Shown piece by piece: positions 8,737 to 18,386 of a DNA stretch of 60,502 nt; the stretch's first letter is position 1; every line of letters begins with the position of its first letter. The stretch is from NCBI GenBank assembly GCA_964616835.1, contig CAZTSG010000003.1, positions 1-60,502 on the forward strand. Direction: 5' to 3'. Position numbers and translations under genes: made by a program. This DNA is from an uncultured Nitrososphaerota archaeon (GTDB taxonomy: Archaea; Thermoproteota; EX4484-205; JAAOZP01). The notes under the pieces are model-generated. The model was not told where the DNA came from. It did no database searches and saw only the letters and a list, made by a program, of their open reading frames with translations.

Positions 8737-10570
8737 CCTCCTCAGCCTCCTTCACTAATCCAAGTTCTAAAAGCTTCCTCTTAGTAGGTATCCCGTCTTT
8801 ACTCCAGCCTCTGCACTCGTAGTAGCCGTCTAAGGCCTCTTCATACTCCTCCCTCTTTATCACAGCACCCTTAACAACATCGTCTGGCAACGGGTCTTCG
8901 AAAGCCCTAGGAGGCGGGTAATCATCCTTTCTAGATATCCCACACTTGACGTTGAAACACCTCGCTAAATTATGTATCCTCTCGCCCGCTTTAATGATCT
9001 GCTCGCCAGTCATGCTCAACCCAGTTACGAGCGTGTAGAGCCTTGCAAGCTCGTCGGCAGATTTGAAAATCCCCCTCGTAAACTTGCATATTATCAACGA
9101 GTCTATTACGGCGTAAAGATTCTCACCCTCGTATACTATCTTGCCCCTGCTACGATCCAGCCTAAGCCTGTCAACCTGACCCTTAACGTCAACCTGGTAC
9201 GAGCCGGACCTCAGGTAGTCAGCGCCCCTGTTGGAGACTGCGAAGCCCAGAGTGGAGGTTTGTAGAGACCTGAGTTCGTAAGCCGCCCATTCCAAGCCCT
9301 TACAATGTACTGCAAACCTTTCAGACCCCCTGCCAAGGATTTGAGAAGCCCTTCTAACACCCTCAGCCAACAGGTTTCCAAGCTTACCCTCTTTGAGGCA
9401 GAGCCTTCTAAGAGCCTCAAGCAGTGCCTCCCCATTTCCAAATCTCAAGTCGATGCCGTCAGCCTCATCCTTGCTCAAAATGCCTTTTTCATAACACTCC
9501 ATCGCCCAACCGACTACGTTTCCCGCGGAGATAGTGTCTACGCCGAGCGTATCGCATATTTCAACAGCCTTAGTTATAACGTCGAGGCTCCCTATTCCAC
9601 AATTCGGGCCGAGCAGGGCTAGGCTCTCGTAGTCGACGCTTGAAATAGCCCCCGAGTAAAGCTCCCTGGCTTGATTAACGTGGTCGCATGCTATCGGGCA
9701 GCCTGCGCACGCGATAATCTTCTTCACATGCGTCTTCAGCATCATCTCTCCAGAAACCTCCTCAGCATATTCGAACGTGCCCCGTTGAAAGTTGTATGAA
9801 GGCAAGCATCCAAGCTTATTATGGACAAGAATATTGGCGGGAGTACCGTAGATCCTGTACTTCTCAGTAGCAGGCCCCTGGCAACGCTCGTTAAGGTCTG
9901 CAACAAACCTTACAAGGCCCTCGATGTCAGCAACCTCAACATCCCCAGTCCCCCTTATCGCTACAGCCTTAAGGTTTTTAGAGCCCATTACAGCGCCCAA
10001 TCCGCATCTTCCAACTTGCCTATTCCTCTCGTTGGTAATGTTAGCAAGCTTCACCATCCTCTCCCCCGCGGGACCTATTGACGCCACTGTGAAAGACTCG
10101 TCTCCAAGCTCCTCCTTAATCATCTCTTCAGTCTCCCACGTCGTCCTGCCCCAGAGTTGTGAAGCATCCCTAAGCTCAACATTATCGTCGTCAACCATCA
10201 GGTAGACAGGTTTCTCAGCCCTGCCGGTGAAAACTATACCGTCCCAGCCTGCGCTCTTAAACTCTGAGGCGAAGAGGCCGCTGGATATTCCGAAGCCGAA
10301 TATGCCTGTCAAAGGGGATTTAGCGAAGACCGAGTACTTGTTGCCGGCTGAGGAAAGAGTCCCGGCTAAAGGCCCAGTCCACCAGATTAAAACGTTTTCA
10401 GGAGACAAGGGGTCTACTTGCGCAGGGTTCGGAAGCGTATCGTAGAGCGTTCTAGCACCGAAACCATAGCCTCCGATATAGTTGAGAGCCATAGACTCGC
10501 CGACTCTGCCTACTGAAGTCTTGCCCTTAGTCAAGTCGACAATCAGATATTTCCCAGCATACCCCTTCAA
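8720..10570 (-). CDS. aor: Aldehyde:ferredoxin oxidoreductase family (tungstopterin enzyme)
   Basis: 616 aa. N-terminal AGKYLIVDLTKG, with AOR-type N-terminal and pterin-binding domains recognisable throughout. Confidence 0.9.
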   Translation of the reverse strand: MKGYAGKYLIVDLTKGKTSVGRVGESMALNYIGGYGFGARTLYDTLPNPAQVDPLSPENVLIWWTGPLAGTLSSAGNKYSVFAKSPLTGIFGFGISSGLFASEFKSAGWDGIVFTGRAEKPVYLMVDDDNVELRDASQLWGRTTWETEEMIKEELGDESFTVASIGPAGERMVKLANITNERNRQVGRCGLGAVMGSKNLKAVAIRGTGDVEVADIEGLVRFVADLNERCQGPATEKYRIYGTPANILVHNKLGCLPSYNFQRGTFEYAEEVSGEMMLKTHVKKIIACAGCPIACDHVNQARELYSGAISSVDYESLALLGPNCGIGSLDVITKAVEICDTLGVDTISAGNVVGWAMECYEKGILSKDEADGIDLRFGNGEALLEALRRLCLKEGKLGNLLAEGVRRASQILGRGSERFAVHCKGLEWAAYELRSLQTSTLGFAVSNRGADYLRSGSYQVDVKGQVDRLRLDRSRGKIVYEGENLYAVIDSLIICKFTRGIFKSADELARLYTLVTGLSMTGEQIIKAGERIHNLARCFNVKCGISRKDDYPPPRAFEDPLPDDVVKGAVIKREEYEEALDGYYECRGWSKDGIPTKRKLLELGLVKEAEEVGVEA

Positions 10571-10573
10571 AAC

Positions 10574-10867
10574 CTATCCTCCTCCCGCTACAGAAGGCGA
10601 TAATACAACCCTGTCCCCAGGTTTAACATCATACTCGTCCAGCCTAGTCAAGTCGACGGGATTACCGTTCAGTATTATAAGAGAGTATTCATCCATCGAT
10701 TCTCCACGGGGGCTCAAGAAGTGAGAAACCAGGTCTACACCCGCCTTCTTGCCAAGCTCTTCGACGAGTTTGAGTAGGCTTATGCTAGAGTCGACGGGAA
10801 AACTAATACTCTTAACCTTAAATAATTCTCTGAACCTTCCTATGAATTCTACGCGTATCTCATTCAA
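10574..10867 (-). CDS. MoaD/ThiS-family ubiquitin-like beta-grasp protein
   Basis: 97 aa ending in ...LSPSVAGGG (C-terminal Gly-Gly type tail). It lies immediately upstream of aor with a 3-nt gap. Confidence 0.6.
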   Translation of the reverse strand: MNEIRVEFIGRFRELFKVKSISFPVDSSISLLKLVEELGKKAGVDLVSHFLSPRGESMDEYSLIILNGNPVDLTRLDEYDVKPGDRVVLSPSVAGGG

Positions 10868-10955
10868 ACCCGATTAGATTGAAGAGGAAGAACCTTATAA
10901 GAATTTTTTCAGACTAAAGTTTTTCTATACCTAAACTATTCTTCATTAAGCTAAT

Positions 10956-11777
10956 TTGTCTACGAGGATAGTTGAAGAGCCTCCGCTTACGATAGTTGAG
11001 AAGCGTTTCTACGTAAACATCATACGTCTGACTATTGACAGGAGCAAGTGTATTTTCTGCGACGTATGCATGAGGGTTTGTCCAAAGAATGCTATAAGGC
11101 CCGTTAGGAGGGGAGACGGCTCCATAGCACTATCTATTAGCGACGAGTGTAGTCTCTGCGGAGCATGCGAGCCCCTCTGCCCCTCGGGGGCAATAACCGT
11201 AACGGTAGACGGTAAGCGTTTGAATCCGATTGTCTCAGCAGGAGGCTTCCCCCTCCCGTTTCCCAAGGTTGAAGTAGACCAGTCCAAGTGCAGGGAGGAC
11301 TGTTACGAGTGTTTGAAAGCATGTCCCAGGGGCGCCTTGACAATAGACAGTAAGCACAACATTATGGTTGAGGAGAGCAAGTGTTTAAGATGCCCATGGT
11401 GCGAAGACGCTTGCCCCGAGAAAGCTATAAGAGTAAACCCGATTTTCGAAGGCTGGGTGAGCGTCGACGAGTCTAAGTGCGAGGAGAAGTGTGAAGCCTG
11501 CGTGGAAATATGTCCGACGAAAGCACTGACCAAGGAGAACGGCAGGATTAGGGTCGACCAGAGGCACTGCATACTCTGCAACGCCTGCACTCGCGTAGAA
11601 GTATGCAGGAATAATGCGATAACCGTGGTGAGAAGGAGGGTTCTGCATCGCGAGGGTTTCTCAGCCGTTTGGGCGAATGCTTTGAAAAACCTTTTAGGGG
11701 AGAGGCTGGCCGCTAAGGAGCTCGACGCGGAGAGCCGTATTAGGCTGAGCAAGCTGGTTGAGGAGGCTAAGCTGTAA
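10956..11777 (+). CDS. Polyferredoxin (six 4Fe-4S cluster motifs)
   Basis: Six CxxCxxCxxxC(P)-type motifs (CIFCDVCMRVCP, CSLCGACEPLCP, CREDCYECLKACP, CLRCPWCEDACP, CEEKCEACVEICP, CILCNACTRVEVC). Non-ATG start in the ORF track, so the exact start is uncertain. Confidence 0.8.
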   Translation: MSTRIVEEPPLTIVEKRFYVNIIRLTIDRSKCIFCDVCMRVCPKNAIRPVRRGDGSIALSISDECSLCGACEPLCPSGAITVTVDGKRLNPIVSAGGFPLPFPKVEVDQSKCREDCYECLKACPRGALTIDSKHNIMVEESKCLRCPWCEDACPEKAIRVNPIFEGWVSVDESKCEEKCEACVEICPTKALTKENGRIRVDQRHCILCNACTRVEVCRNNAITVVRRRVLHREGFSAVWANALKNLLGERLAAKELDAESRIRLSKLVEEAKL

Positions 11778-14212
11778 TGGCTGAGGAGCCGAGGATAGGA
11801 GTATTCGTATGTCACTGCGGCAAGAACATTGGCGGCGTAGTCGACGTAGCTAGGGTTGCCGAATATGCTAGGGCTCTTCCCAACGTGGTCTATGCTTCGC
11901 ACAACCTCTACACTTGCTCGGACGCGGGACAGGCTGAGATAAAGAGAGTGATAAAGGAATACGGGTTGAACAGGGTTGTGGTCGCAGCCTGCTCGCCGAA
12001 AATGCATGAGCCAACTTTTAGAGCATGCGTCTCCGAAGCAGGCTTAAACCCATACCTCTTCGAAATGGCTAACATAAGGGAGCACGACTCATGGGTTCAC
12101 GCTAACGATCCCGAGGGCGCTACTCGCAAGGCTATGGACCTCGTCAAGATGGCTGTCGCCAAGGCGCGCTTACTGGAACCCCTTGAGCCAATAATAGTCC
12201 CGGTTGAGAAGACTCTGCTAGTGATAGGCGGGGGCATAGCAGGCATGAGGACAGCGCTCGACGTGGCTAACGCTGGTTACAACGTGATACTGGTTGAAAA
12301 GTCTCCGAGGCTCGGCGGCAAGACTGCGATGCTAGGCAAGACCTTTCCGAAGGTGGATTGCACAGCCTGCTTGATAAACGAGATTATAAGCAGAGTATTG
12401 ACGCATCCGAGGATAAGAGTATTGACGCTCTCTGAAGTCATTGGCGTAGACGGCTACGTTGGAAACTTCAACGTAACAGTGAGAAGGTCACCGTCGAAGG
12501 TCTCAGAGGAGTGTATTGGGTGCGGTAAGTGTGTTGAAGCATGCCCTGTCGAGGTTGACGAAGAGTTCACGCACAGCCTATCGAAGAGGAAGGCAATAAT
12601 CCTCGTTGAGAAAACGCAGGGAGGTGTTGGTTGCGAATACGGATATGAGAAAGCAGTCCATATACCAGGCCTAGTGGGAAGTCCGTTGAAAGCAGTAGTA
12701 GACGTCGATAACTGCATCAAGTGCGGAAAATGCGTTGAAGCATGCCCCGTCAAAGCGATAAACCTTGAGGAACCTGAGTTGGAAGAGGCCTTCAAAGTCG
12801 GAGCAATAGTGATAGCAACGGGATTCGACCTCTTCAACCCCTCTAGGAAGCCCGAGTACGGCTACGGCAGATTCAGAAACGTGTTGACAAGCATGGAGTT
12901 CGAGAAGATCCTAGCACCAGACGGGCCAACCGGAGGAGAAATAGTTAGGCCGTCAGACATGAAGCCAGCCGATAGGGTGGCGTTCATACAATGCGTAGGG
13001 TGCAGAGACGAAGCCACAAACATATACTGCTCCAGAATATGCTGCATGATAACCCTCAAGCAAGCAATACTTGTGAAAAGGAAGAACCCGAGCGTAGACG
13101 TGACGGTATTCTACATAGACATAAGGGCGGGTGGGAAAGAGTATGAGACAATATTCAGAATAGCGAGGGAAATGGGAGTGAGATTCATCAGAGGAAGGCC
13201 AGACAGAGTCGATGAAAAGAACGGTATGCTGATAGTAACGGCGGAGGACACGTTGAGCGGGGAGAGAGTAGAGCAGCCGGCGGACATAGTGGTATTAGCG
13301 GTAGGGATGCAACCGTCGGAGGGAACTGATAAGCTTGGGGAAATGCTTAGGGTACCACGCGACCAGCATGGATTCTTCATGGAGGCACATATCAAGCTGA
13401 AGCCCGTTGAGACAGTGGTGAACGGAATATTCTTAGCGGGAGCATGCGCAGGCCCAGTAGACATACCCATGGCGGTAGCGAGGGGGCATGCAGCAGCCTC
13501 GAAAACACTCTCACTGTTCTCAAAGGATTACATAGAGCTGGAGCCTATAACAAGCTACGTGGACCCGATGAAGTGCAAAGCATGCCTAGCATGCACGAAA
13601 ATGTGCCCGTATCAAGCGCTTAAACCAGTAGAGAAGGAGGGGAGAAAAGTAATACAGGTGACGCAATCGATGTGCGCAGGATGCGGAACATGCGTAGCAG
13701 GATGCCCATTCGGAGCACTAAACCAACATCATTTCACAGACCAGCAAATATACGCGCAAATCGACGCAGCGCTTGAAGAAAACCCGCAAGACAAAATAAT
13801 AAGCTTCAACTGTAATTGGTGTAGTTATGCGGGAGCCGATTTCGCCGGCGTGTCCCGCTTAGAGTATCCTTCGAGCGTGAGGATTATCAGAGTGATGTGC
13901 TCCGGCAGGGTTAGTGAGAAGATGATTCTCAGAGCGTTCGAGAAGGGCGCGGGAATGGTTCTGGTTGCACCATGCCACCCCGCTGACTGCCACTATATTA
14001 GTGGCAACGAGTGGGCCCGTAGGCGTGTAGAGGCTCTGAAGAATAGACTTAGCAAGATGGGTATTAATCCCGAGAGGCTCTGGTTCGTCTATGTTTCCGC
14101 CGCCGAGGGCAACGTGTATCAGAATACGATCATCCGCATGCATGAATACTTGCAGAAGCTTAAGCGCGGCGAGGCCAGCTGGGGTTTTGCCGAGGCTAAG
14201 GCAGCCGTTTAG
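11777..14212 (+). CDS. hdrA: HdrA-like FAD/FeS flavoprotein fused to a C-terminal MvhD/FlpD-like domain
   Basis: N-terminal VCHCGKNIGG cluster motif, FAD motif VIGGGIAGMRTALDVANAGY, inserted ferredoxin motifs (CIGCGKCVEACP, CIKCGKCVEACP, CKACLACTKMCP, CAGCGTCVAGCP), then FNCNWCSYAGADFAG...APCHPADCHY typical of MvhD. The start overlaps the polyferredoxin stop (TAATG). Confidence 0.85.
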   Translation: MAEEPRIGVFVCHCGKNIGGVVDVARVAEYARALPNVVYASHNLYTCSDAGQAEIKRVIKEYGLNRVVVAACSPKMHEPTFRACVSEAGLNPYLFEMANIREHDSWVHANDPEGATRKAMDLVKMAVAKARLLEPLEPIIVPVEKTLLVIGGGIAGMRTALDVANAGYNVILVEKSPRLGGKTAMLGKTFPKVDCTACLINEIISRVLTHPRIRVLTLSEVIGVDGYVGNFNVTVRRSPSKVSEECIGCGKCVEACPVEVDEEFTHSLSKRKAIILVEKTQGGVGCEYGYEKAVHIPGLVGSPLKAVVDVDNCIKCGKCVEACPVKAINLEEPELEEAFKVGAIVIATGFDLFNPSRKPEYGYGRFRNVLTSMEFEKILAPDGPTGGEIVRPSDMKPADRVAFIQCVGCRDEATNIYCSRICCMITLKQAILVKRKNPSVDVTVFYIDIRAGGKEYETIFRIAREMGVRFIRGRPDRVDEKNGMLIVTAEDTLSGERVEQPADIVVLAVGMQPSEGTDKLGEMLRVPRDQHGFFMEAHIKLKPVETVVNGIFLAGACAGPVDIPMAVARGHAAASKTLSLFSKDYIELEPITSYVDPMKCKACLACTKMCPYQALKPVEKEGRKVIQVTQSMCAGCGTCVAGCPFGALNQHHFTDQQIYAQIDAALEENPQDKIISFNCNWCSYAGADFAGVSRLEYPSSVRIIRVMCSGRVSEKMILRAFEKGAGMVLVAPCHPADCHYISGNEWARRRVEALKNRLSKMGINPERLWFVYVSAAEGNVYQNTIIRMHEYLQKLKRGEASWGFAEAKAAV

Positions 14213-14403
14213 CTAGCTTTCTGTTTTTGCAGCATCTTCCTCTGGAACGCTTTATAATCTCTTTTACATGGTTGAGTATTGTTTAAACTGTAACAAAAGT
14301 ATCTAATGTAAAAAAAAGAACTATACTTTCAATACATAAATAAAAGTTTAAGTAATAAGACATATGTTCTTCTACTGGGGGAGTAAAATTAACTAGATGT
14401 GAA

Positions 14404-14658
14404 TTGTCTAAAACCTTTTTAGAGGCATTAGTATTTTCGATAATACTATCTGTCTTCCTGAATGCTTTCTCTTATGCTATTGCAATGGGGTATACTGGAT
14501 TCATGGAGGAATTTGAAGAAGATAGTCGATATTCAGGAATTTTGATACTCATATCGATTATCTTGATAGTTACGACTCTTACGCTATTGCTAGCCTTTTT
14601 AAACGAGAGAAAAGAATTGAAAAAACATGTCCAGGATTTTCATCTCTGCCGACAATGA
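14404..14658 (+). CDS. Small hypothetical membrane protein
   Basis: 84-aa ORF with two hydrophobic helices in a markedly AT-rich intergenic island. Coding status is uncertain. Confidence 0.3.
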   Translation: MSKTFLEALVFSIILSVFLNAFSYAIAMGYTGFMEEFEEDSRYSGILILISIILIVTTLTLLLAFLNERKELKKHVQDFHLCRQ

Positions 14659-14744
14659 AAAGCCAGTGGATTAATTCTAGATATCATTGCAGAGTTTCTG
14701 AGGCTTTTATAACCTTTTGCCTAGGACTGGAAAGGCGGTTACGC

Positions 14745-14752
14745 TTAAATAT
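14745..14752 (+). promoter_or_regulatory. TATA-like box upstream of the retropepsin-like gene
   Basis: TTAAATAT lies about 30 nt upstream of the ATG at 14782. Confidence 0.4.
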
Positions 14753-14781
14753 TTGGGCACGGTTTTAGAAACGGATATGGG

Positions 14782-15194
14782 ATGTTCAAAGTTAAGGCTA
14801 GGGTGCGGAATGTTTTCGACAATACTAGGGCTACTGACGTGGAGCTTTTGACAGCAGCTCTACCTACACTGTTCTACCCAGCTCCCTTCTCAGCGGGCTA
14901 GGTGTTAAGCCGATTAGAAGGGTTAGGCTACGGCTTGCCGACAATAGGGTTGTGGAGAAGGATTTGGGTGAAGTAGGTGTTGAAATCGAGGGCTATCAGT
15001 TAACATCAACCCCGGTTGTTTTCGGAGAGGAAGATGTTTATCTGCTCGGCTCCATGACCATGGAGGGTCTTGGATTAGCGCCTGACGTGGTTAAGAAGAA
15101 GCTCGTGCCCGTGGAAGCATTCCTCATGCAATGCTCTATTTTTAGCGGGCGCATGGGCAAGGGGCTTAAACACGTCAGGATTTTAAGGTGTTGA
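14782..15194 (+). pseudogene. Clan AA (retropepsin-like, AF_0612/TIGR03698-type) aspartic protease, interrupted by a -1 frameshift
   Basis: The N-terminal frame (ATG 14782) reads MFKVKARVRNVFDNTRATDVELL. The family-typical continuation DSSSTYTVLPSSLLSGLGVKPIRRVRLRLADNRVVEKDLGEVGVEIEG... lies in the -1 frame from about 14850 and runs into ORF 14952..15194. The expected active-site D-T/S-G reads D-S-S. Confidence 0.55.
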
Positions 15195-15199
15195 GGAAA

Positions 15200-18100
15200 C
15201 TATTCCGGTTTTCCGCTGAGTAGAAGCTCTTGATACTCCTGGTTTATTCTCCGGTATTTTTCATAAAGGATTTTGCTGATCCTAAGCCAGTCTTGAACTA
15301 CTTTCTGCCATAGCTCGCTGGCCACCAACTGTCTAGTCACGTATTCTCTCAACGGCTTCTCACGTTTGATTGTTCTCTGACGCCAGTTGAAGCTTACGAG
15401 TCCTGCACGTCTCAAATACTGGATAGCATGGCCGATTTGATCATAATTGATGGGCGGTGGCAGGATTTTTACTAAGTCTTCCATTAATGAGTCGACTGCA
15501 ATTTCGTCCTCTGGGCGCAGGCAGATAGTGGCTACAACGTTCTGGACGAGCCTCGTAGTCTTGCTCAGATAGATTCCAATCCTTCTCGGCGGTATCAGTG
15601 TCTGCTCTAAAAGGTAGCCATACCTCTTGTAAAACCAGTTTTTCACGACTTCCGCCAGAGCAATGTAGGCGGCGAGAATCACAAGCAGAGCTATGAAGAA
15701 CGTTGCAGGAGGCTTCACAAACCGGAAAATCTCTCCTAATGGCGTATACGGCAGTACCACTGCGAGTGCGATTATTGCAGTACTGCTCAAAAGCAAGGTT
15801 CTGCTCGGCTTACTTCTCCAGAACGGGGACTTCTTTGTTCTAATTACGAAGATTACAAGGGTCTGGGAGGACAGGGATTCGATGAACCACGCTGTTTGGA
15901 AGAGCGGTTCGGAAGCATTGAATATGAAGAGCATTACGAAGAACGTTAAGAAGTCGAACAGGGAGCTTACCGGCCCAAGAAAAACCATGAATCTTCTGAT
16001 GAAGCTTATGTCCAGCCTCTTGGGCTTTTCAACGTACTCTTTGTCGACTTCGTCCATAGGTATTGCTGACTGTGAGAAATCGTAGAGAAGGTTGTTGAGC
16101 AGTATCTGTATGGGTAGCATGGGGAGAAACGGTAGGAATAACGATGCTCCGGCAACACTAAACATGTTTCCAAAGTTTGAGCTCACACCCATCATGATAT
16201 ACTTCATAGTGTTGCCGAATGTTTTCCTGCCTTCTAATACACCGTCGTGGAGCACCCTCAAATCGTTCCTTAGAAGAATTATGTCTGCAGACTCTTTCGC
16301 AATATCGACAGCGTTTTCCACGGATATGCCGACGTCCGCTGTTCTCAGCGAAGGCGCGTCGTTTATACCGTCTCCTAGATACCCGACTACGTGCCCATTG
16401 TTTTTCAAAGCAGTTATTATCCTGTCCTTCTGGGCTGGCGTGACCCTGCAGAAAACATTAGCCTCTTCAACAACTCTTGCAAGAGCGTCATCATGCATTT
16501 GAGCAATCTCCCCACCTGTGACGACCCCTTTAATCTCAAACCCCAGGTATTCGCAGACCTTTCTAGTCACCAACTCGTTATCGCCAGTCAGTATTTTCAA
16601 CTCTATGCCCGCGTTCTTTAAAAGTTGCAGTGCTTCCCTAGCTGTTTCCTTCGGAGGGCGAGGAAGGCTATGAAGCCTAGAAACACCATATCGTTCTCAT
16701 CGCTCACATCGTACACTGGTTTATCCGCCTTCAGGCGTTTATACGCCACGCTTAAAACCCTATAGCCCTCAGCGCTAAGCTCGAAATATTTCTGCTCAAT
16801 CCTACTACGCACCTCATCCGTTATGTCTGCTATAACGTTTCCAACCTCGTAGTAGGAGCAGATTTTTGAAACTTCCTCGGGAGCACCCTTGGTAATCATA
16901 AACCGCTGATTCTGATATTCAACAACTACGGAAAGACGTTTACGGACGAAATCGAAAGGTATTTCATCAATTTTCCTATACTCGCTAACGTCGACTTCCC
17001 CAAATCTCAGTATTGCTTCGTCAAGGGGGTTTTTCAAACCCGTCTGATGATAGCTATTAAGATAGGAGTATAGTAGAACCTTCTCGCTCTTGTCGCCGTT
17101 GAGGTCTACGTAAAGCACAAGCCTTATCCGGTTTTCTGTCAATGTTCCAGTCTTATCCGTGCATAGAACATTCATGCTTCCAAAATTCTGTATGGATGCT
17201 AGGCGCTTCACTATAACCTCTTTCCTAGCCATTGAGACGGCTCCCTTAGAAAGGTTTATCGAAATTATCATCGGCAGTAGCTCAGGTGTTAAGCCGACGG
17301 CTAGAGCTACGGCGAAAAGAAGCGAATCCAAGATGCTACGCATGTAGAGGGCGTTGATGAAAAATACGAAGACAACTAGAAGAAACGTCACCTGCATCAT
17401 CATGTAGCCGAAGCTTCTAATACTCCTCTGGAATTCTGTTTCAGGCTCTTTCGCAACAAGCCTTCTTGAAATTCTCCCGTATTCGGTTAAGCTTCCGGTC
17501 TTGACCACGAGTGCTGTTGAAGACCCGCCGACAATCGATGTACCCATGAAAAGATAGTTGTTCCACTCGGTAATAGTTGGATCATAGGCTTTAAGCGGCT
17601 CGGCGACTTTCTCCACAGGCAGTGATTCGCCAGTCAATGCGGACTGGTCTACGAACAAGTCTTTGGCGCTTAATACTCTAGCATCCGCGGGAACGATATC
17701 ACCAGCAGAAAGATATATTATGTCTCCTGGAACGATTTCCGCAAGCCTCACCTCCTTTTTAACACCGTCTCTCAACACGGTAGCTGTGGTTGCTACTCTC
17801 TGTTTAAGCATCTCAGCAGCCCTTTCAGCCTTATGCTCTTGGTAAAAGTCTAACACAATGCTGAAAATCACTATCGAGAATATGATGGTAGTGTTTACGA
17901 TTTCGCCGAAAAATCCTGAAACTATTCCGGCAAAAAAGAGAATAATTACCAAAGGGCTTTTAAAATACGAGAGGAAATCGACTACTACTGCTCTCTTCTT
18001 TCTCTTTACTAGCTCATTATAGCCAAAGACTTCGAGACGTTTTTCTGCTTCTTCAGACGAGAGTCCATTTGGAGAAGTCTTAAAACGCGAGAAAAGCTCT

Positions 18101-18201
18101 TCAACAGGAAGGGTTAAAACTTCCTCGGTGCTTGGCAGAGTCCAGTTTAAGGATTCGCTAACGCTAGACGCACCTTGACTTTGAAGAGTCATTAAACCCA
18201 A
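15200..18201 (-). pseudogene. mgtA: Mg2+-transporting P-type ATPase (MgtA-type), split by a 1-nt frameshift near 16658
   Basis: ORF 16618..18201 carries the N-terminal TMs, TGES and CTDKTGTLT. ORF 15200..16600 carries KILTGDNELV, GDGINDAP and the C-terminal TMs. Minus-strand DNA at the junction reads ..FIAFL then gcc ctc cga. One frame over it reads PPKETAREALQLLKNAGIELKILTGDN, which is the expected continuous sequence. Confidence 0.8.
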
Positions 18202-18386
18202 AGTAATTCAAGCGACCCTTTCTTAAACCTTTACACTTCAATAAATCTCTACTAACCGAGCAGCTGCTGAAGCAACCAAGATGCTTGAAGACACTCTAGG
18301 ATTTGGATTGCAGAAGCGTCCCAGAGAAGAAGCTGCATAAACATCAATAATATATTTATAACACTGTTTGGAGAATTCGCGAGGAA

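Noticed and set aside
11303-12007. 234-aa minus-strand ORF (and similar ones at 12454..12837 and 13111..13470)
   Set aside because: It is antisense to the polyferredoxin and HdrA genes, which carry unmistakable Cys-cluster and FAD motifs. It is a Ser/Leu/His-rich shadow ORF.
15200-16600. Treating 15200..16600 and 16618..18201 as two independent genes
   Set aside because: The 'MKIL' start of the downstream ORF is an internal TTG/Leu of the conserved LKILTGDN motif. The missing linker (PPKETAREALQLLKNAGIEL) is present in a shifted frame. It is one mgtA gene with a frameshift.
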